This document shows, in pieces, positions 1-14,622 of a stretch of DNA of 64,000 bases. This DNA is from Tubulanus polymorphus. Its lineage: Eukaryota; Animalia; Nemertea. The stretch is from NCBI RefSeq assembly GCF_964204645.1, contig NC_134029.1, positions 8,458,850 through 8,522,849 of the forward strand, written 5' to 3'. A program made the position numbers and the translations under genes. Within the stretch, counting starts at the first letter, position 1. Every line of letters starts with the position of its first letter. The notes under the pieces were generated by a model. That model had not been told where the DNA came from, did not search any database, and saw only the letters and a program-made list of their open reading frames with translations.

Positions 1-3000
1 CACTTTTACTTAAACTTGTACACCGAAGATCAAAGTTAATGGATCCACCGATATAGAAAAAAAAAAACCGCAACGCTGAAAACAGAAACTAAACTTTATC
101 TTCTTCCGTTTCCATGATCTAAATCCATTCCATTAGCAAAAATTCTGTTTCTAAATTGTCTTACTGCACTATGACATCCTTCCCAGATGGAGTTTTCCAA
201 TTTCGAGAATGCCAAACGGCCACATAACTAAATCCATTATATGTACGATAAAAATCATCTGATCCTGGAATAGGCTTATTTCTGTACAACAGAATAGGTT
301 TATGGATTTTCTCAATTTCAGGAGAAATGTCCGAGCAATGCGACAACAACACTCGCGCTCAACTTAAGACCAGTCTAACATAAAAAAGTGAAAAAGATTT
401 CGTCCCACAACAGAATTTTATGGGATGAAATCTATAAAAATGAAACCACAACGTTTTGGTTGTTGATTAACAGCCATCGTCAGGTGGAACTGGACTATGC
501 CTTGCACCCAACAATACACTCTCCCCTAGGAAGCGATGGACCGCATATCTGCAGCACATCTTCACAATTTTCAAATTTCCAATACTGCCGTTAGTGACCT
601 CATGATCATCATTCATATAATATCATATCCCACAACTATATATCTGCAAGACATCTTCATCAGCAATTGTTTCATTTAGAAGTTTATCTGACATCATCTT
701 TTTCATGTATAAAGCATCAAAGAAAACGGCTGCCAGTCAGCCATCTTGGATCCAACCATAAGATAAAATGTAGGCGCACAACTACGTATTCACAAAAACA
801 TATGTGTTAAGTTACAAGTAGGGAGAGCCAGTAGTTTAGGCGATCTCTGGATAAGATTGTGTCCACTGATGGACGCTGGACTAGCTGACTCCAGCATACC
901 CCCTACACTTTGTTGCAAGGGGTGTTATGACCAGAAACAGAAGTAACAAAGCATATAAACCCACAATACATAAGCTGAAGCTATGCGTCAGAAAATTCGA
1001 TAATGCGATTTTGTTGCTTAGCTTCTAATGTACTGTGAGTTTGTATAGCCGGATCATACAGGCATTTTTAGCCAGGGCCCACGCTTGGCCCATGCCAAAT
1101 TAGGCCTGGAATAACTGTTCAAGCGGGTGCCAAATGGGCCTGTGCCTGTTTGGCCCAACCAGTTTAGTCGCACTATAGCGGTATACCCTGTATTCATTAA
1201 TTTTCAAATAATATTAATCAACATATAGTAATTTTCAAATTATCTCCAGCGCTTTCGATTAACTGAATTCATGATCAATCAGAGTTGACCCCTGGGTTAA
1301 AGTAAATGGTCGTGACTTAGGTTCAAAAGTGGTTTAAAATCTAACCGATGATCGATACAACAAAAACGAAACAAAATCCTGTCTCAATCGATGTACGTAT
1401 CTAACTTACGTAGATTTACCCTAATAATCATAGGTCGTCACTTAGAAGCCTCTCAAAGCTAATGAGATCTAAAGATTCAGCGAACGGGTATGGCTGTGAT
1501 TGAATGACAGAATTATCAACATTTTTATTTGGACTGTTTTAATTAACCCCATTTCACACTTCATAAATGTAATTGTGTCATCGGCAATCAGGATTTCTCG
1601 TGGTAGTAATTTCTTTACGATGTATTATCCGAATACTGCAGATACAGTGATACACATTTCAAGTGAAAGTACATACATTTAAGAAAAAGAGTATTTACGA
1701 AAAGTAGCCCGAGCAGTGAGACATATGATGTTCACACGCTCTCGAGCGAGATTGCCATAAAATTGGCAACTCAGTCGTAAAGGCGAAGGTGTTACACAAG
1801 ATATCATTTAATATCCAAAAAAACATCAGCTGCAGAATGCGCGCCAAGCAAAAAATACAAATCTATCCATAAGCACAGGCAACCACCGATAGGCTACCAT
1901 AAAGCTTCGAGGCGTTTTTGCGCCTATACGGTGATGTTGATGATGATTATTCGAGTGGAGCGCTGTGCAGTTCGAAAATAAGGGATGAAAAAATTGCCGC
2001 ATGGTTGTAAATGGATGACGTAATGACCTATGAATAAAGGAACGTTTGGCACGCATGGCTAATGTGGAAAAAAATAGTAGAATATAGTTACGCGATTAGG
2101 GAACTGCTGAAAAACGATACGCCGACATGCTAGACGGATATTAGCCGAAAGATATTTCGACAAGTTCCGTTCGAAGTTAACAGCGACTCAGCCAATCGGT
2201 ATAGCGTCGCCTTATCCGTGACCTTGACATTGAAGTCCGCGACGTCGTGAAATGGATTAAAAACGAACGCCCGAGTTTTGAGCCACGGCAATCGGTTACT
2301 CGAAAGTCATCAAAAAGTATCGCAGACCCGGCTTAGGGTCTGAATACAAGTTCTAAACGCACCAGCGGAGAAATACGAATGGGGAAAGCGATGAAATTTA
2401 AATACTTCTTTCATGGATTTTTCAAGACAGTCTTAAAAAACAAGAAAATAAATCATGAGAGCATCGTAATTTCGAGCTAGGATTAAACATCCTCCGGCAT
2501 ACTTATGGCTCAGGCCGATAAGAACGCCCGAACGGTTCTGCCGAAGAGGGGATACTCGGTGGTGTCACTAGAGCTGAGCTGGAAATGTGATTGAAGCACT
2601 TGGAAAGCAAGCCATCGTGGATTAAGCATAAGACGAGGACGGTGCAGGAGATTGTACCTGTATGGATGAAACTATCTAAATAGATGTCCAACTCACTGCA
2701 TATACCCTCAATGAGCAAATCAAATTCTTTCAAAAACGCTTTCTTTGTTCGTTACAGTCTTAATAAGGCACTTAAGAGGCAGCCATCTTTTCTAGAACGT
2801 TTCATTACCAATACTGTATGACAGGGGATTTCAGGCATGGTGAAAAAAATCCTAAAACTAGGTCAATAATAATTTGCATGTATCGACGATATATACCCTG
2901 TAGCGCCAAAATAATTCATTTTCATTTCACCACGATAAAGATTTTTAACCGCTGACATTCGGATTCAGGCAAATTACCTATAGGGTCCATCTTTTGGGGG

Positions 3001-5439
3001 TCTAAATCGACATTATACACCCAATTTTGAGGGAATCATCCAATTTTCGATTTCCTTACTGCACATTGGCACGCCTGGCGAATCCCCACTGAAGGCACAC
3101 GATGCAGAAAAACAGGATACAGAGAAACAATGAAACATAGAATCGAACATGTTTTATCTCAAGAGACATTGTTTCCCAAAGCCATATTTTTGGTTTCTCA
3201 TATAGCCCGCCCGTAAACAGATAAAAATGGAATAAAATGTGTTTGATTTTGGAAACGTTGTTTCCCGAAACCATGTTTCTCAAGCACACGACACGGAAAT
3301 GCTCGAAAACATATATTTCTGTCTCCTATTTCTCACCGGGTCGTCATTAAGGAATCCCTTCTTCAACAACAAAGAAACCAAAAAAAACAAACTCATCACC
3401 GTCGAGCGATCTATAATTTTTTTTACGACGGTGGTCATCGCACGCCGCTCGAAGCTTTCGCGTTAGCTAGTTCGCGATCGAACGGGATACTTCCACCTCC
3501 TCCCCCCCCCCCCCCGTCATGGCACACTTTTCCTTTTTACGCGTGCCGGTAGCGACGAACGAAGACACGCCGGTGATCTTCGTCGTCGACAGTTGTTCGC
3601 TGCCGAGGTGTTATTTACCTCGCAGCTGAGCGGACTACGTGCGAGGAAGTCAGCTCGCCGTATTACGAATCCGGCACGATGGCACATCATCGCGTATCGC
3701 TTTAATTAATTGCCCGACTACGCGCGAATGCGGCGTTACTTTCGCGCAGCGTCTTTCGGCGAAAATCGGGACAAACTGCGGTAATCCTGATTTAATCAAA
3801 ATAAAACTGGGCCAGTTAGTCTGAACTATAGGCGGGGTAGCAGAAGCGTTCTTGAAGCAAATTTGGCCTGTGTCAGATTAGGCTTGGGCCACTGGGTAAC
3901 AGGAGCACCAAATTGGCCCATGCCTGTTTGACCAGGGCCAAATTAGGCCCGGGTCAAATCATTGTGCGTGAATGCTTACTGACTCCAGAAGTGACTCACT
4001 TCGATTGGTTAAAGTGTTTAATATTGAGTGAGTGGTTCATGAATGAACGCGCTCTCTTATTAGGCAAGGGCCAAATTTGACCTGGGACTCCAAGAAAGCA
4101 GGTACTGTAAAAATATGAGCTATCAATTCTGTTTACTTTGGTCTAGTTGACAAAAATCATGTGAAGAACTAAATATTTTGATGGAATGTTACTTTCTAAC
4201 TTGACTAAATATTTCCTTATTCAAACGACTGAGTCCTGGAGATAATTCGAAAATCTCTATATTTCTTACGATATCAATATTTCGCTTTTATCCTGTCATC
4301 TTTCAAGGGATAAAAACTATAATTACTAATGATATGAATACACTGTGATGCGGTGTACGTGCAAAGTTCTTCACAAATTCATACATTGCACTGCAGTGTA
4401 GACGCTCTGTAAGTGTTTACCTGATATCGAGTTGATGAAGAAATAACTACCTGTACTACCCGTTTTAACATTTATTTATTTCTGGAAAAATAAATTCGCA
4501 TTTCAGGACGAATCCGGTTTTCATAGTAACATGCGTCAATTTCGTGACAAGTACATTTTTGCAGTTGTTTTTTCGAAGAAACAGATTACCGAGCGCGATG
4601 TCATCAAGCGACGCATTAGAGCCATTGCGAAAAATATCACGTTTATTTTTTTCAGTCGGCGGTGTTGGCGCCAGACATCAAAGCGAATTCTATACCTAGC
4701 CATCGTCTGGCAATAACAGACTCTGATCATTTCTGGGAAGAAGCGTATAAGGAGGACGACTTCACGGTTGTACCGTAGGTCATATATATACGCCCGTATC
4801 GCGAAGCCGATTCGATTACGCCCGATCATTACGGCAGATCAGTCGAGTCTCGTTCGAAATCTCTTTAAACTTCGCGTGAACTCATTAAAAGACTTAAGTT
4901 TCTACCCGAACCGTTCAAGGCCGCGCGTGCTTTTTCACGAGATAAGGGTATAAAACGGCAATCGAAGGACTATATACCTGGACTACCGTAACGTAACGCG
5001 TAATGCACTATCGCTGAAGAGACACTATCCCAGAGGAGAGCGGTTGATAAAACACTCCATAATCCGCCGCGCTTTAAACGATAAATGCGAATCACGCACA
5101 AAAAAACCATGTATCGAGTATGAAATAAAACAACTAATCAGTGTTGAAACATAGCTACGACTAAGAGTAAGTTCGTATCTCACGCATGCTTTTACAGGCA
5201 GTTTTCTTTAATATATATCATGGTGTGTACTATATGGATTTTATTGTGATGGATTTTATATGATGCTTCTTTCACGAAAGCAAGCTGAAATTAAGAACGA
5301 TTCCATAGACGATATTCTTTCCTAAAAAGGACACCGAACATGATATCTAGGAGATGTTGCGGGATGTTATTCATTTTTTCATTCGTTTGAGATTTTTTGG
5401 TATGATATAGCAGCTTATCGTTCAAATGATCGATGGCTG

Positions 5440-5662
5440 CAGGGCTGCCAACATCTGAAATGTCCTATCAGTAACAAATTGATTTTTTTCCAGTTAAGTT
5501 TCATTGAAATATGAAAGAAAATGTTCAAATTAATCAGCAATCAACAGTAACACCCTCAGTAACGTCTTTTCATATTTCTGTATGCATTGAACGAATCAAA
5601 TCAGTATTTTTCATTATAAAAGAGTAACAAATACTGAAAATCAGGAACAGTTGGCAGCTCTG
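5440..5662 (+). mobile_element. hAT-like MITE, family C
   Basis: TIR CAGGGCTGCCAAC / GTTGGCAGCTCTG; 6-bp flanks TGGCTG/TGACTG. Confidence 0.8.
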
Positions 5663-6578
5663 TGACTGTATTCAGTGACTGATCCCATCACTGCGACTAG
5701 CAACTGATCGCCAATTGCTGCTCTGCTTGAAAAGTCACTCCTGGTTTCTATAGCCGCGATCACACGAGCATTTTTGGCCAGGGCCATATTTGGTGAAGGG
5801 GGCCAATTTCTCGAGACTTGGTTAGAGATAACCGTGGATGAATACCACAGTAACAATGAACTTTCAATTGTCGCTGTGTGGAATAACCATTGATTAACTG
5901 ATTAACTTTGGGCAACTTTAGCTCCTGAATCCAGCTCGAGATTCATGACCAACTGATCCGGCGATCCTTAAGATCTAATAATCTCCTTCCACCGGAGTTA
6001 AGCGGCAGAAAAATGCAGTGGCGCGCGACAATGAACAACGATGTCGGACATTATTTTTTATGTGATGGCACGCATACATGTGACCTGTCACAACTCGGCC
6101 CGACGACAATTGTGCACTAATTGGTCTGTGATTATTCCGATGGTAGATCATCCAGTTTCCTCACACCGCAATCATTAGCTTTAGGCGACGTGTCTCTCCT
6201 TCTTATCTGAATGAAATGGTGCAAGTCATTATAGTAGTTAGTGAGACAGAAGACGATTACGGCTAGTTCCGGCGAACCATCACATCTCGTTCTCTTATTA
6301 GGAAACGCATCACAACGGCGCTACGGTTCAACTTGCCTCGTACGCCCGGAGAAACGTTTTGCAGTATGTTTGTAGAAAATACGCGTGTCGGCGACATTAC
6401 ACTACATCTTTGTCGCCGTTCACGCGATACTTTGTCTAAACACGAACGTATATCTCACTGAAAGCTGACAGGGCGTGTTGCAATTCACGCGGGGTACCGG
6501 CACACGCGTTATCCCGTCAGATGGCGCCACTCAGATATCAGACGAACTCGAAATTAGGCTAAATGATACCTTGTTCAG

Positions 6579-6916
6579 TAAGATAAAAACCCACTATTTG
6601 CAAATTAAAAGAATCTTAGGAAATTTGTTTATTCGAACAATCTAAAATGTATAAAATACACAACGTTTCGATCTCACCCTAAAGATCACAGTCAGGACGA
6701 ATAGGGCATTCCCCCTTTTTTGGTACAGCCTTTGTCCTTTCAGTTATGTAGCACAAGTGTTCATTAAATCATTACAAAGATAATAAGATAAAATCCCTGA
6801 CGATGATCTCTAGGGTGAGATCGAAACGTCATGTCTTTTATATATTTTAGATTGTATAAATAAATTCTGGTTTTTAAATTCTTTTAATCTGTAAATAGTG
6901 GGATTTTATCTTATTA
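6579..6916. mobile_element. Penelope-like element remnant (inverted terminal fragments)
   Basis: ~120-bp imperfect inverted repeat (6579-6698 vs 6796-6913); each arm contains a hammerhead-like motif. Confidence 0.7.
6797..6830 (+). ncRNA. minimal hammerhead ribozyme-like motif
   Basis: CTGACGA-T-GATCTC-tagggt-GAGATC-GAAA-CG-TC. The core boxes and a perfect 6-bp stem II are present, but stem I is not evident. Confidence 0.55.
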
Positions 6917-9074
6917 TCCATTCACCACGTTTGAGTGTGGTTATCGTTCCATTACAAAGATCTTGTACGTATATCGATAAATAAATATATTATATTAATA
7001 AAGTTATCTTATCTTAACTCGATCAAAAGAAGTTCATTGTCAATTAACTGCGATCTCAGTTTTTGGCCATTCCAGAAATTAAGACAAATTTCTTTGATTC
7101 TACTCATGAATAGCTGCCGACGGAGCTCACCGTTATAAACAATTAAGTCAAAATGAAGAAAAGTTAAAATCATCAAATTTAAGGAATATTTACGGCTACT
7201 TTAACAAAGCTGAAATCTATGGGGATCCAGAGGCAAATTTTGAAGGACTTGTCACATCCAAGCTGGGCACTTTGCAGTTGGAAAAAGGAAATTCATGTTT
7301 ACTCTTGCTCTTTGTGAAGAACTTGTCACATCCCAAAAGCGCAAGGCAATACTAGCTGTACTACCGCACAGAAATGCACTAATTATCTTTGTTGACAAAA
7401 TGGAAAAAATTTGATGGGCTTGTACAAGTCTAACAAGTCCTGTCTAACAAAATCCGCCTCCACATATTTTCCATAACTACAACTCATTAAAGCTTATTCT
7501 AAGATACCAGGATGCTGCCAGGATGTGTCATGCAATAAGAAAATGATTCCTCAAAGCTTCCATTCTTTAGATTTGGCATTTCCTTGATGTCTTTTGCAAT
7601 TTCTAAATCGTAAACCGAGATAACGCTTTAATTGCATCTATCCACGTGGACCACTTCGACATTAATCCGCGTGAACCACTTCTCGACGACATTTTTTTTA
7701 AAGACATATTTTTCACAGCGAGCACATCACGTGTTCCGTCTTCACTCTTCTAGTGTTGTATTTTCATGTCAAAGGGCTGTCATGACAACACAAAAAGAAG
7801 TCACGTAATTACTTAATACACTAAAGGAATAGCATGCAACAGCATAACAAGACAATTTTTGTTTTCTTGCAAGCTTAATTCGTCTTTCTCGAAGCAATAC
7901 GCCTAATTTATAGTCATTATTGCGAGCCGGTTTTTCTTGTAATTGGCACGTGGTAATGTTCCCATGGCTGGCTAAGAAGATGGCTGTCTCTCTGTCTGCT
8001 ACACGACTGAGGCGTACGCAGGATTCCTGCTAACTACGCGCAATCATCCGACGACGCAAACAAAATAAAATTCAAAGAACGACGGCGGCCATTTTTCTCC
8101 GCGCGTCTTAGAATAATCTCGCAGATTTGAATTTTTTTACTTTTCGTCATTAATCCGAGCCTTTTACGCGAAAAAAAACCAAAATTTCTAATCACTATCA
8201 ACACTTTGCTCCACATTAAAAAACCTTCTTCCACTTTGAGGTTTGAAAGCCCGGGGCGTTGTATTTAATAAGATCTAAGCAAACTACACAAAACATGAAA
8301 TACGGACTGGTAACCAAGGAGATAGTAGACCTTTTCCATGGCTCTGGGCTTTTTAGAGTCCAAGGTAGAACAGACGAACACAAACAATTAGAAGACGGAT
8401 ACAACTGCTTCGTCATACTCTACATATGGTGGAAACGTCGTCGTTGAAATAACCGAACGTACACGGATATCTACGACTCATCGGCAAAGACGAGTACGCT
8501 TCACGGATTCTATATCGAATATGAGAAAAACAACTATAACGGTTATAACAGGGAGGAACATAGCGTCCAAAACTCGTCCAAATCATTACAAACACAGAAT
8601 GACGAATCAGAACAACAAAACAAAAGCAAAAAAAACATTACAAACACGAAATGACAATTAAGACCAAAAAAATAATCGGAAGGAAAGCAATCAAGATCAT
8701 CAAAGTCACTAGTTTTGCCCACGCAGATTTATCAGTCTAGGAAGTTTTTTCTTGTGTGCGCCTACTGTGTATCAAATATTCTACACTAGCCTGTAATATC
8801 TTAACATGTTGCAAGTTTGATGAACTATTAGTTCGTTATGAACTATTCTTATATTTGAAAAGTCAGATGGGATGATATCTGGCGGGATAGCTGGTGGCAA
8901 TCGTAATGATTTTTTTCACTATGACTACTGATGCCAAGGGGTCAAAGTCACTAGTGTTGCACAAATAAGTCTATCTATCCAGAACTATCAGGCATGCCAT
9001 CTGGTGGGATAGCTGGTGCAATGGTAAACCAATTATTAAGATTTTGGACTCTGTAAAAATGTTACAATAATGTT

Positions 9075-9348
9075 ATATAAGGGGTTAAGTGTGAGTCGAT
9101 GCGCACTACATCATCAATATTGGCGTTTCAAAATAACAATTACAATTGTGAATTTAGGCATCTATTTTGTAACTATTTCACAAATCTTATTTTATTTTTG
9201 ATAAATTTTAATCATTTTCGAGAGGATGTGCACTACACCATCAATATATCGGGGCTGGACAATTCAATTCAATTACCGATATATTCATACCGACTGAATT
9301 GATCCTTAATATCATATAGTCTATATTACATCATTTATCGTCGACAAC
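9075..9348 (+). repeat. unclassified dispersed repeat (second copy ~25803-26080)
   Basis: Both loci share TAAGGGGTT..GAGTCGATG.GCACTAC.TCATCAATA, an internal repeat of GCACTAC..CATCAATATATC, and GATCCTTA. Confidence 0.75.
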
Positions 9349-9349
9349 A

Positions 9350-9637
9350 CCCTTTCAGTGCTGACTACTCAATATCCTATAGTGCTGGAAATAATTTGAA
9401 AATTCTAAAAAATTCCACCCTAGTGTTTTGAACAACGGGAATACCACTGTAGTGCGCATACACCTCGGCGCGGTGTATCGTTAGTTACTAGTATTTAACT
9501 TTGTTTGACACGTGCTGCCATTTTTCAAGAGAGATAACTACTAATTTCTAATTACATCAATACACCCCAGTGCGGTGTACTAGCAAAATCTATCACTGAT
9601 TTATACACTGCACTGCGGTGTAGACACACTGGAAGGG
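9350..9637 (+). mobile_element. piggyBac-type MITE, family A
   Basis: Same body and TIRs. The right TTAA is intact and the left one is lost. Confidence 0.85.
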
Positions 9638-10874
9638 TTAAGCGATACGCGTGTTATTTTTCACGTGTTATTTTTCACGGCGTCGATAAGCTTTCGAGTT
9701 CGTTTCCACATTTTCGCTACGACCACCACCAACATTGAGGGGTTAACTCGACTAGCGCAACTGAGGCAAGTAGGTCAGTACAGTCGGCTGAGAGAGAGGA
9801 GTCGGCTTAGATGTTCACTGGAGCGAACGAGATTCCTGCACAGTCCAGGCCGCTGATTGCACCGAAACATGCCAACGTGAAAGATAATCGATACGCCGTA
9901 ATTGATCACTTATTGGAAATAATCTATGGATAATGCGGACTGATTAAGCAATTATTCAGTCATGCTGCATGGTTAATACTTTCATTATAAGACACAGTTA
10001 TCAGGCAACTAACAGACAGCAAAACGAAGCTAAAATAGGAAATAATTAAATACTTATTACGTACGGCAAATCGCGACATTCACGTTTCATGCAAAGGAAC
10101 GCCGCGTGGCGTCCGCGCTATGTATGAAAATTAATTTCAGATAAGTCCAGGTTCAGACATGCTATTTATTGTGCGTACATCGATTGACACTGGGTTCAGC
10201 GTCGCTGTCACCTAGAAACTAATCACGCACCGGCACGATATCCATACAGGTCTTCGTGAAAAACGGGCGAATATTTTTTCTTCAAAGAAAAAAAAAGGAT
10301 TTGTTGGTTCACTGCCGACAGTATAGTTGCGCAATTCCCATCTGAAAAAGGATAGCTCTGACGTACACCCCTAATAATCAAAATGGGTAAATCGGATAAA
10401 ATGGGAAAACCGAAGTTAAAAAAATACACATTCTTCACATTTCTTCCTTAAATTCTTTGCCTGCCACTGTGTTTTTTTTTTCAGGAAATACTACCCTTTG
10501 CCAAGATTTCATTTTGTTCATCAGGTCCGAATCGCAGTCAAGTGCCGCTCTATAATCACAAATCTTACCTCGGTTCATCAAAATGTAATCAGTATAAATC
10601 AAGTGCTGCCATCTATCAACTACGCCATGAAACTAATGGCAGAATTCTCGGAATGGCGTCGAACAATGGCGGCCGATTCATTTGAAGCTATTCTATGCTA
10701 TCTACAACAAGCGATTCTATGGAGACGGTTCGTAAAAATAGCATTGCTGTATCGCTACAACATTCATGTCTGAATATAGTTAGAAAGTTTTAGTCTTCAA
10801 AAGTGAAGTAATGACCACCATATAAAACTGAGTACACGGAAAATTGACCATAATAACGCTCGTGCGATCGCGGC

Positions 10875-11590
10875 TTTAGTTCAGAAATTTGGAACGGACC
10901 TGGTTCGCTCTTTTAAGTCAGTAAAAATTGGATTGGTCTGAAAAGAAATGGAACGCTTGGTCCGTACTAAATTGGACCGGGCCAAATTTAGATCGTTCGA
11001 AATAACGTAAGGTGAACACGGTTAAGTTTTACAGCAAACCCAGCTGTTACGAAATATAACTTCGAACATACCACCATTCAACAAAGTTCGATAATCTTGC
11101 AAACTGATGCAACATCATCGGGGGGGGGGGGGGGGGGGAAAAGTTCCGATTCGTTATTCAGTTGACTGACTAGCAATTAGTACTAGCGACATTAGCGAAT
11201 TCAATAATCCAGCCCTTCAGGGCATTTAGCCAATTTGAACAAGATACTCGATTAAACATCACTTTCACAAAATGCTATATCGGTCGCGTTTTCAAAAAAA
11301 AAGTAAACCCAAATCAATCATATGAGTCGTCGGGTTTTAATAAAACGACGAGGAAAAGTCCATGGTCGTGAAAAATCATTATTTCAGTGTGCATCTATGG
11401 TGTAGTTCTGTGGAATGATGTTGTCGAAAACAGTCTAAATTTGGCCGGTTCCTATTATCAGTACAGACCCAGCGTTCGCATTAGCAAAAAGTCCCTTACA
11501 AATTGGTCCGTTCTAATTTCTACTGACCTATAAGACCGATCCAGGTCCGTTCGAAATTAGGAACGGACTAAGTCTGGGTTTGTGGATACT
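10875..11590. repeat. two diverged copies of one repeat in inverted orientation
   Basis: 10875-11000 (GAACGGACCTGGTTCG, GGCCAAATTTAGA) mirrors 11430-11580 (TCTAAATTTGGCC, CGATCCAGGTCCGTTC). Confidence 0.65.
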
Positions 11591-11796
11591 AACTTGTTGC
11601 AGGTCAATTCTAAATCTTACTCTGCAGTACGAATTCATTAATAATATACTCGTCATCAAGCTGATTAACATAGTTTTCAAATTTCATATAATTTCTATAT
11701 TGCCTTAATATCAATGTATAGGCTAAAGATTATTATTCATCTTAAAATCAGTCTATTGCACATGCGTTGCTTGCGGAGTATATATCCGTTTTGAAA

Positions 11797-12048
11797 AGCC
11801 GCGATCACACGTGCATTTTTGGCCTGGGCCAAATTTGGCCCGACCAAAAACGTCGGACCAGGCCCGAGCCTAATTTAAGCACCAGACAAATGATTGCATT
11901 TGAATTGCAACTGGCACCAGAAATGATCCACTTCGCTTTGTTTGAGCATTGTTGAATATCGAGTGAATGGTTTGCGTGTGAACGCGCCTTCTAAGTAGGC
12001 ACGGGCCAAATTTGGCGCGGGCCAAATCGTCTCCGTGTGATCGCAGCT
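11797..12048 (+). mobile_element. PIF/Harbinger-like MITE, family B
   Basis: TIR AGCCGCGATCACAC / GTGTGATCGCAGCT, 3-bp flanks AAA/AAA, internal palindromes GGCCAAATTTGGCC. Confidence 0.85.
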
Positions 12049-13739
12049 AAAATGTCCTAGAATTTACCATAGATTGATGAGCCTATAGTACAGGCTTTAC
12101 TGCAGCAAAGACTCAAACCCGCACGAAAGTTCCCATGTTGGTGCCAGTTGCGTAGAAATGCAATGCAAACTCCGCTGCCCCCATGCCTACCAACACCTCC
12201 ACGCACAAACCAAAGTAATGGAAAGCCAAGCTGCTTAAGCCAAGGACACACTGGGCGATTGTGTCCTGGTCAGTCGGCGATCAAATCAGTCATAAAATTG
12301 ACGGCGACTGAGTGTGTCCGAGGCTTTGATGGAAACATCATAAAAAATTTTGGAGTCCATTCAACATATCAAGGTGTAAGAATTAAACAGCTTATCGTAG
12401 GGGCTTGAACACAACCATCGCGGATAGTAAAAGCGGCGGTCAATCGAACCGTTTCGAAACGAAATTTCATTCCGCGTTATTTAACGTTGAAACAAAATCT
12501 ACCTCCGGGGAAATTTGCCGCAGTCCTGCGCAGATGTGCTCGGCGTTGATTAGCTTAATGAACTCGAAGGGCGGATGATTGGAGCGAGCGAAATATGCGT
12601 TTCGATGAGACTTCGATATCGAATACTTAAAAACTTCCGGGGTTTAGACTCCCCAAACATGACTTACCGTGCAGTGCAGCCCGCGCGCTTAATTGATCCC
12701 TAGCGACGACTACGACTTATGCGCTTCATTTTTTTCGGCCATATCGGTAATCATTGCGCAAACGGTTTTTTTCTCTAGAGATGAAAATGATTGAACAAAG
12801 AAAATGATTACGTTTTTAATAAGCCGGCTTTCGTTGAATAAGCCGGCTCTCTTGTTCGTTCGTCGAAGAAGAATTTCAACACACTCGAACGAGCGGCAAT
12901 CATTTTGATCGGGGATTAAAGGTAGACCATCCTTATGGGATATTACTCGCGGGTAAGTGGAGAACATACCGCGAACAATGGTAATAACTAATCCGCAAAT
13001 TCCTTATAGTACCCCATTCGCCCGACAAATTTTTCCGTACCTCAAGAAAAAGGAAACTCGAACGACATTTTCGAATATCGTTTCACCGTCGATTCTCTCC
13101 GCGTCGAAGGGAAAAATTACACCACCGCCGTTCCACAGATCTGACGACATGGTATCGGGTTTTTCCTCGAGGGTGTCGTCGTCGTACTCTGTTTGGAAAC
13201 AGCACTCGCACGCTCTCATTCCCTCTTCTCTCTCCGTAGACCGTGGCCAACGAAGCGTAACGTTCGGCTCTTGTTTTCATCTAGCCCAGATAATTGGATG
13301 AAAGAAAAACTTGCAGAAAATTGTGACGGTCGAGAGACGAGAGAGAGAGCGTAGCTTTCATCTTCGGGTTTAAGACAAAATGATGGATTGCACCTTTTCC
13401 CGCAGACAGATGTCTCTGGATAATGCATCTAAGATCTTATAACTGTCCCGGGCATTTATTGCAGTTAGAGTAAAAACCATAGTTAAGGAATTTGAACATT
13501 TACAGAAGTTTGCTTCATCTAGATATAAACGCATCTACCTTTACTAAGACCAAGTGGTGATTAATAAGCTAGAAAAAAGTTCATCCTTACACTATCCTAC
13601 ACTTTCACTTAAATACTTATGTACATAACGCGTGATGATACTACATTATAACTTAAGTGTAACTAGTGACCGCCCACCCTGATGTAGACACACAAGACTA
13701 CATAATCCAGAATTTCTTGAAAAAATATCACGAGGAATA

Positions 13740-14622
13740 TCAGCTGTAGATGAAATGGGATTGTGTATTAAAGATAAATGAGAATTACGTTATGTGCCTT
13801 AAACAGATGATGGGGAATACCTATACGCAAGATATAGATATAAGGGAGAAGTACCTAATGTAGATCAGGGAGATATTCCTTGTGCAGATGAGAGAAATTC
13901 CGAATGCTTAACCCTTTCGGTGCTGACTAATTAATACCCTAAAGTGCTGGAGATAATTTGAATATGTTTGAAAATTTCCAGCCCGGTGCATCAAATAATA
14001 GGCATCAACTTAAATGCGTCTACACCACGGTGCGGTGTATCGTTAGTTACTTATATCTAACATTTTGACAGGTGCTGCCATCTTTCATTAGAGATGAAAA
14101 CATTTATGAATTACATCAATACACCGCAGTGCGGATTACTAGCAAAGTCAATCACCGATTTATACACCGCACAGCGGTGTAGATGCATTGAAACGGTAAA
14201 TACCAAAAATACATGTATTTTTGCTAATACAGATAAGACATGCCTCAAATGAAGGAGCAATTCCAAATACCAGATGAGAAATGCTAAATGCAGATACAAG
14301 AGAAATGCCTGATGAAGATGAGAGAAATGCTTCATATAGAAGAGAGATAAAAGATGAGGGAGAAATGACAAATGTAGGACTCAAGATGTAGACATGTCTT
14401 CTGTAGGTAGAGCCAAATCTAGCTCTCTCAGCTTGGTGAAAGATTTTATGGTTGGTATGCGTAAGAAATACTAAATGCAGATACAAGAGAAATGCCTGAT
14501 GAGATGAGAGAAGTGAAAGATGAGGGAGAAATGCCAAATATAGGACTCTAGATGTAGATATACCGTAGGTAGGGCCAAACCTAGCTCTCTCAGCTTGGTG
14601 AATGATTCTATGGTTGGTACAT
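13740..14622. repeat. degenerate short-unit tandem repeat with an internal ~160-190 bp duplication
   Basis: Recurring GATGAG(G/A)GAGAAATGCC. Blocks CTAAATGCAGATACAAGAGAAATGCCTGATGA at 14284/14471 and CTAGCTCTCTCAGCTTGGTGAA at 14419/14581. Confidence 0.8.
13912..14196 (+). mobile_element. piggyBac-type MITE, family A
   Basis: TTAA-CCCTTTCGGTGCTGAC start and the same body; inserted into a degenerate tandem repeat. Confidence 0.85.
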
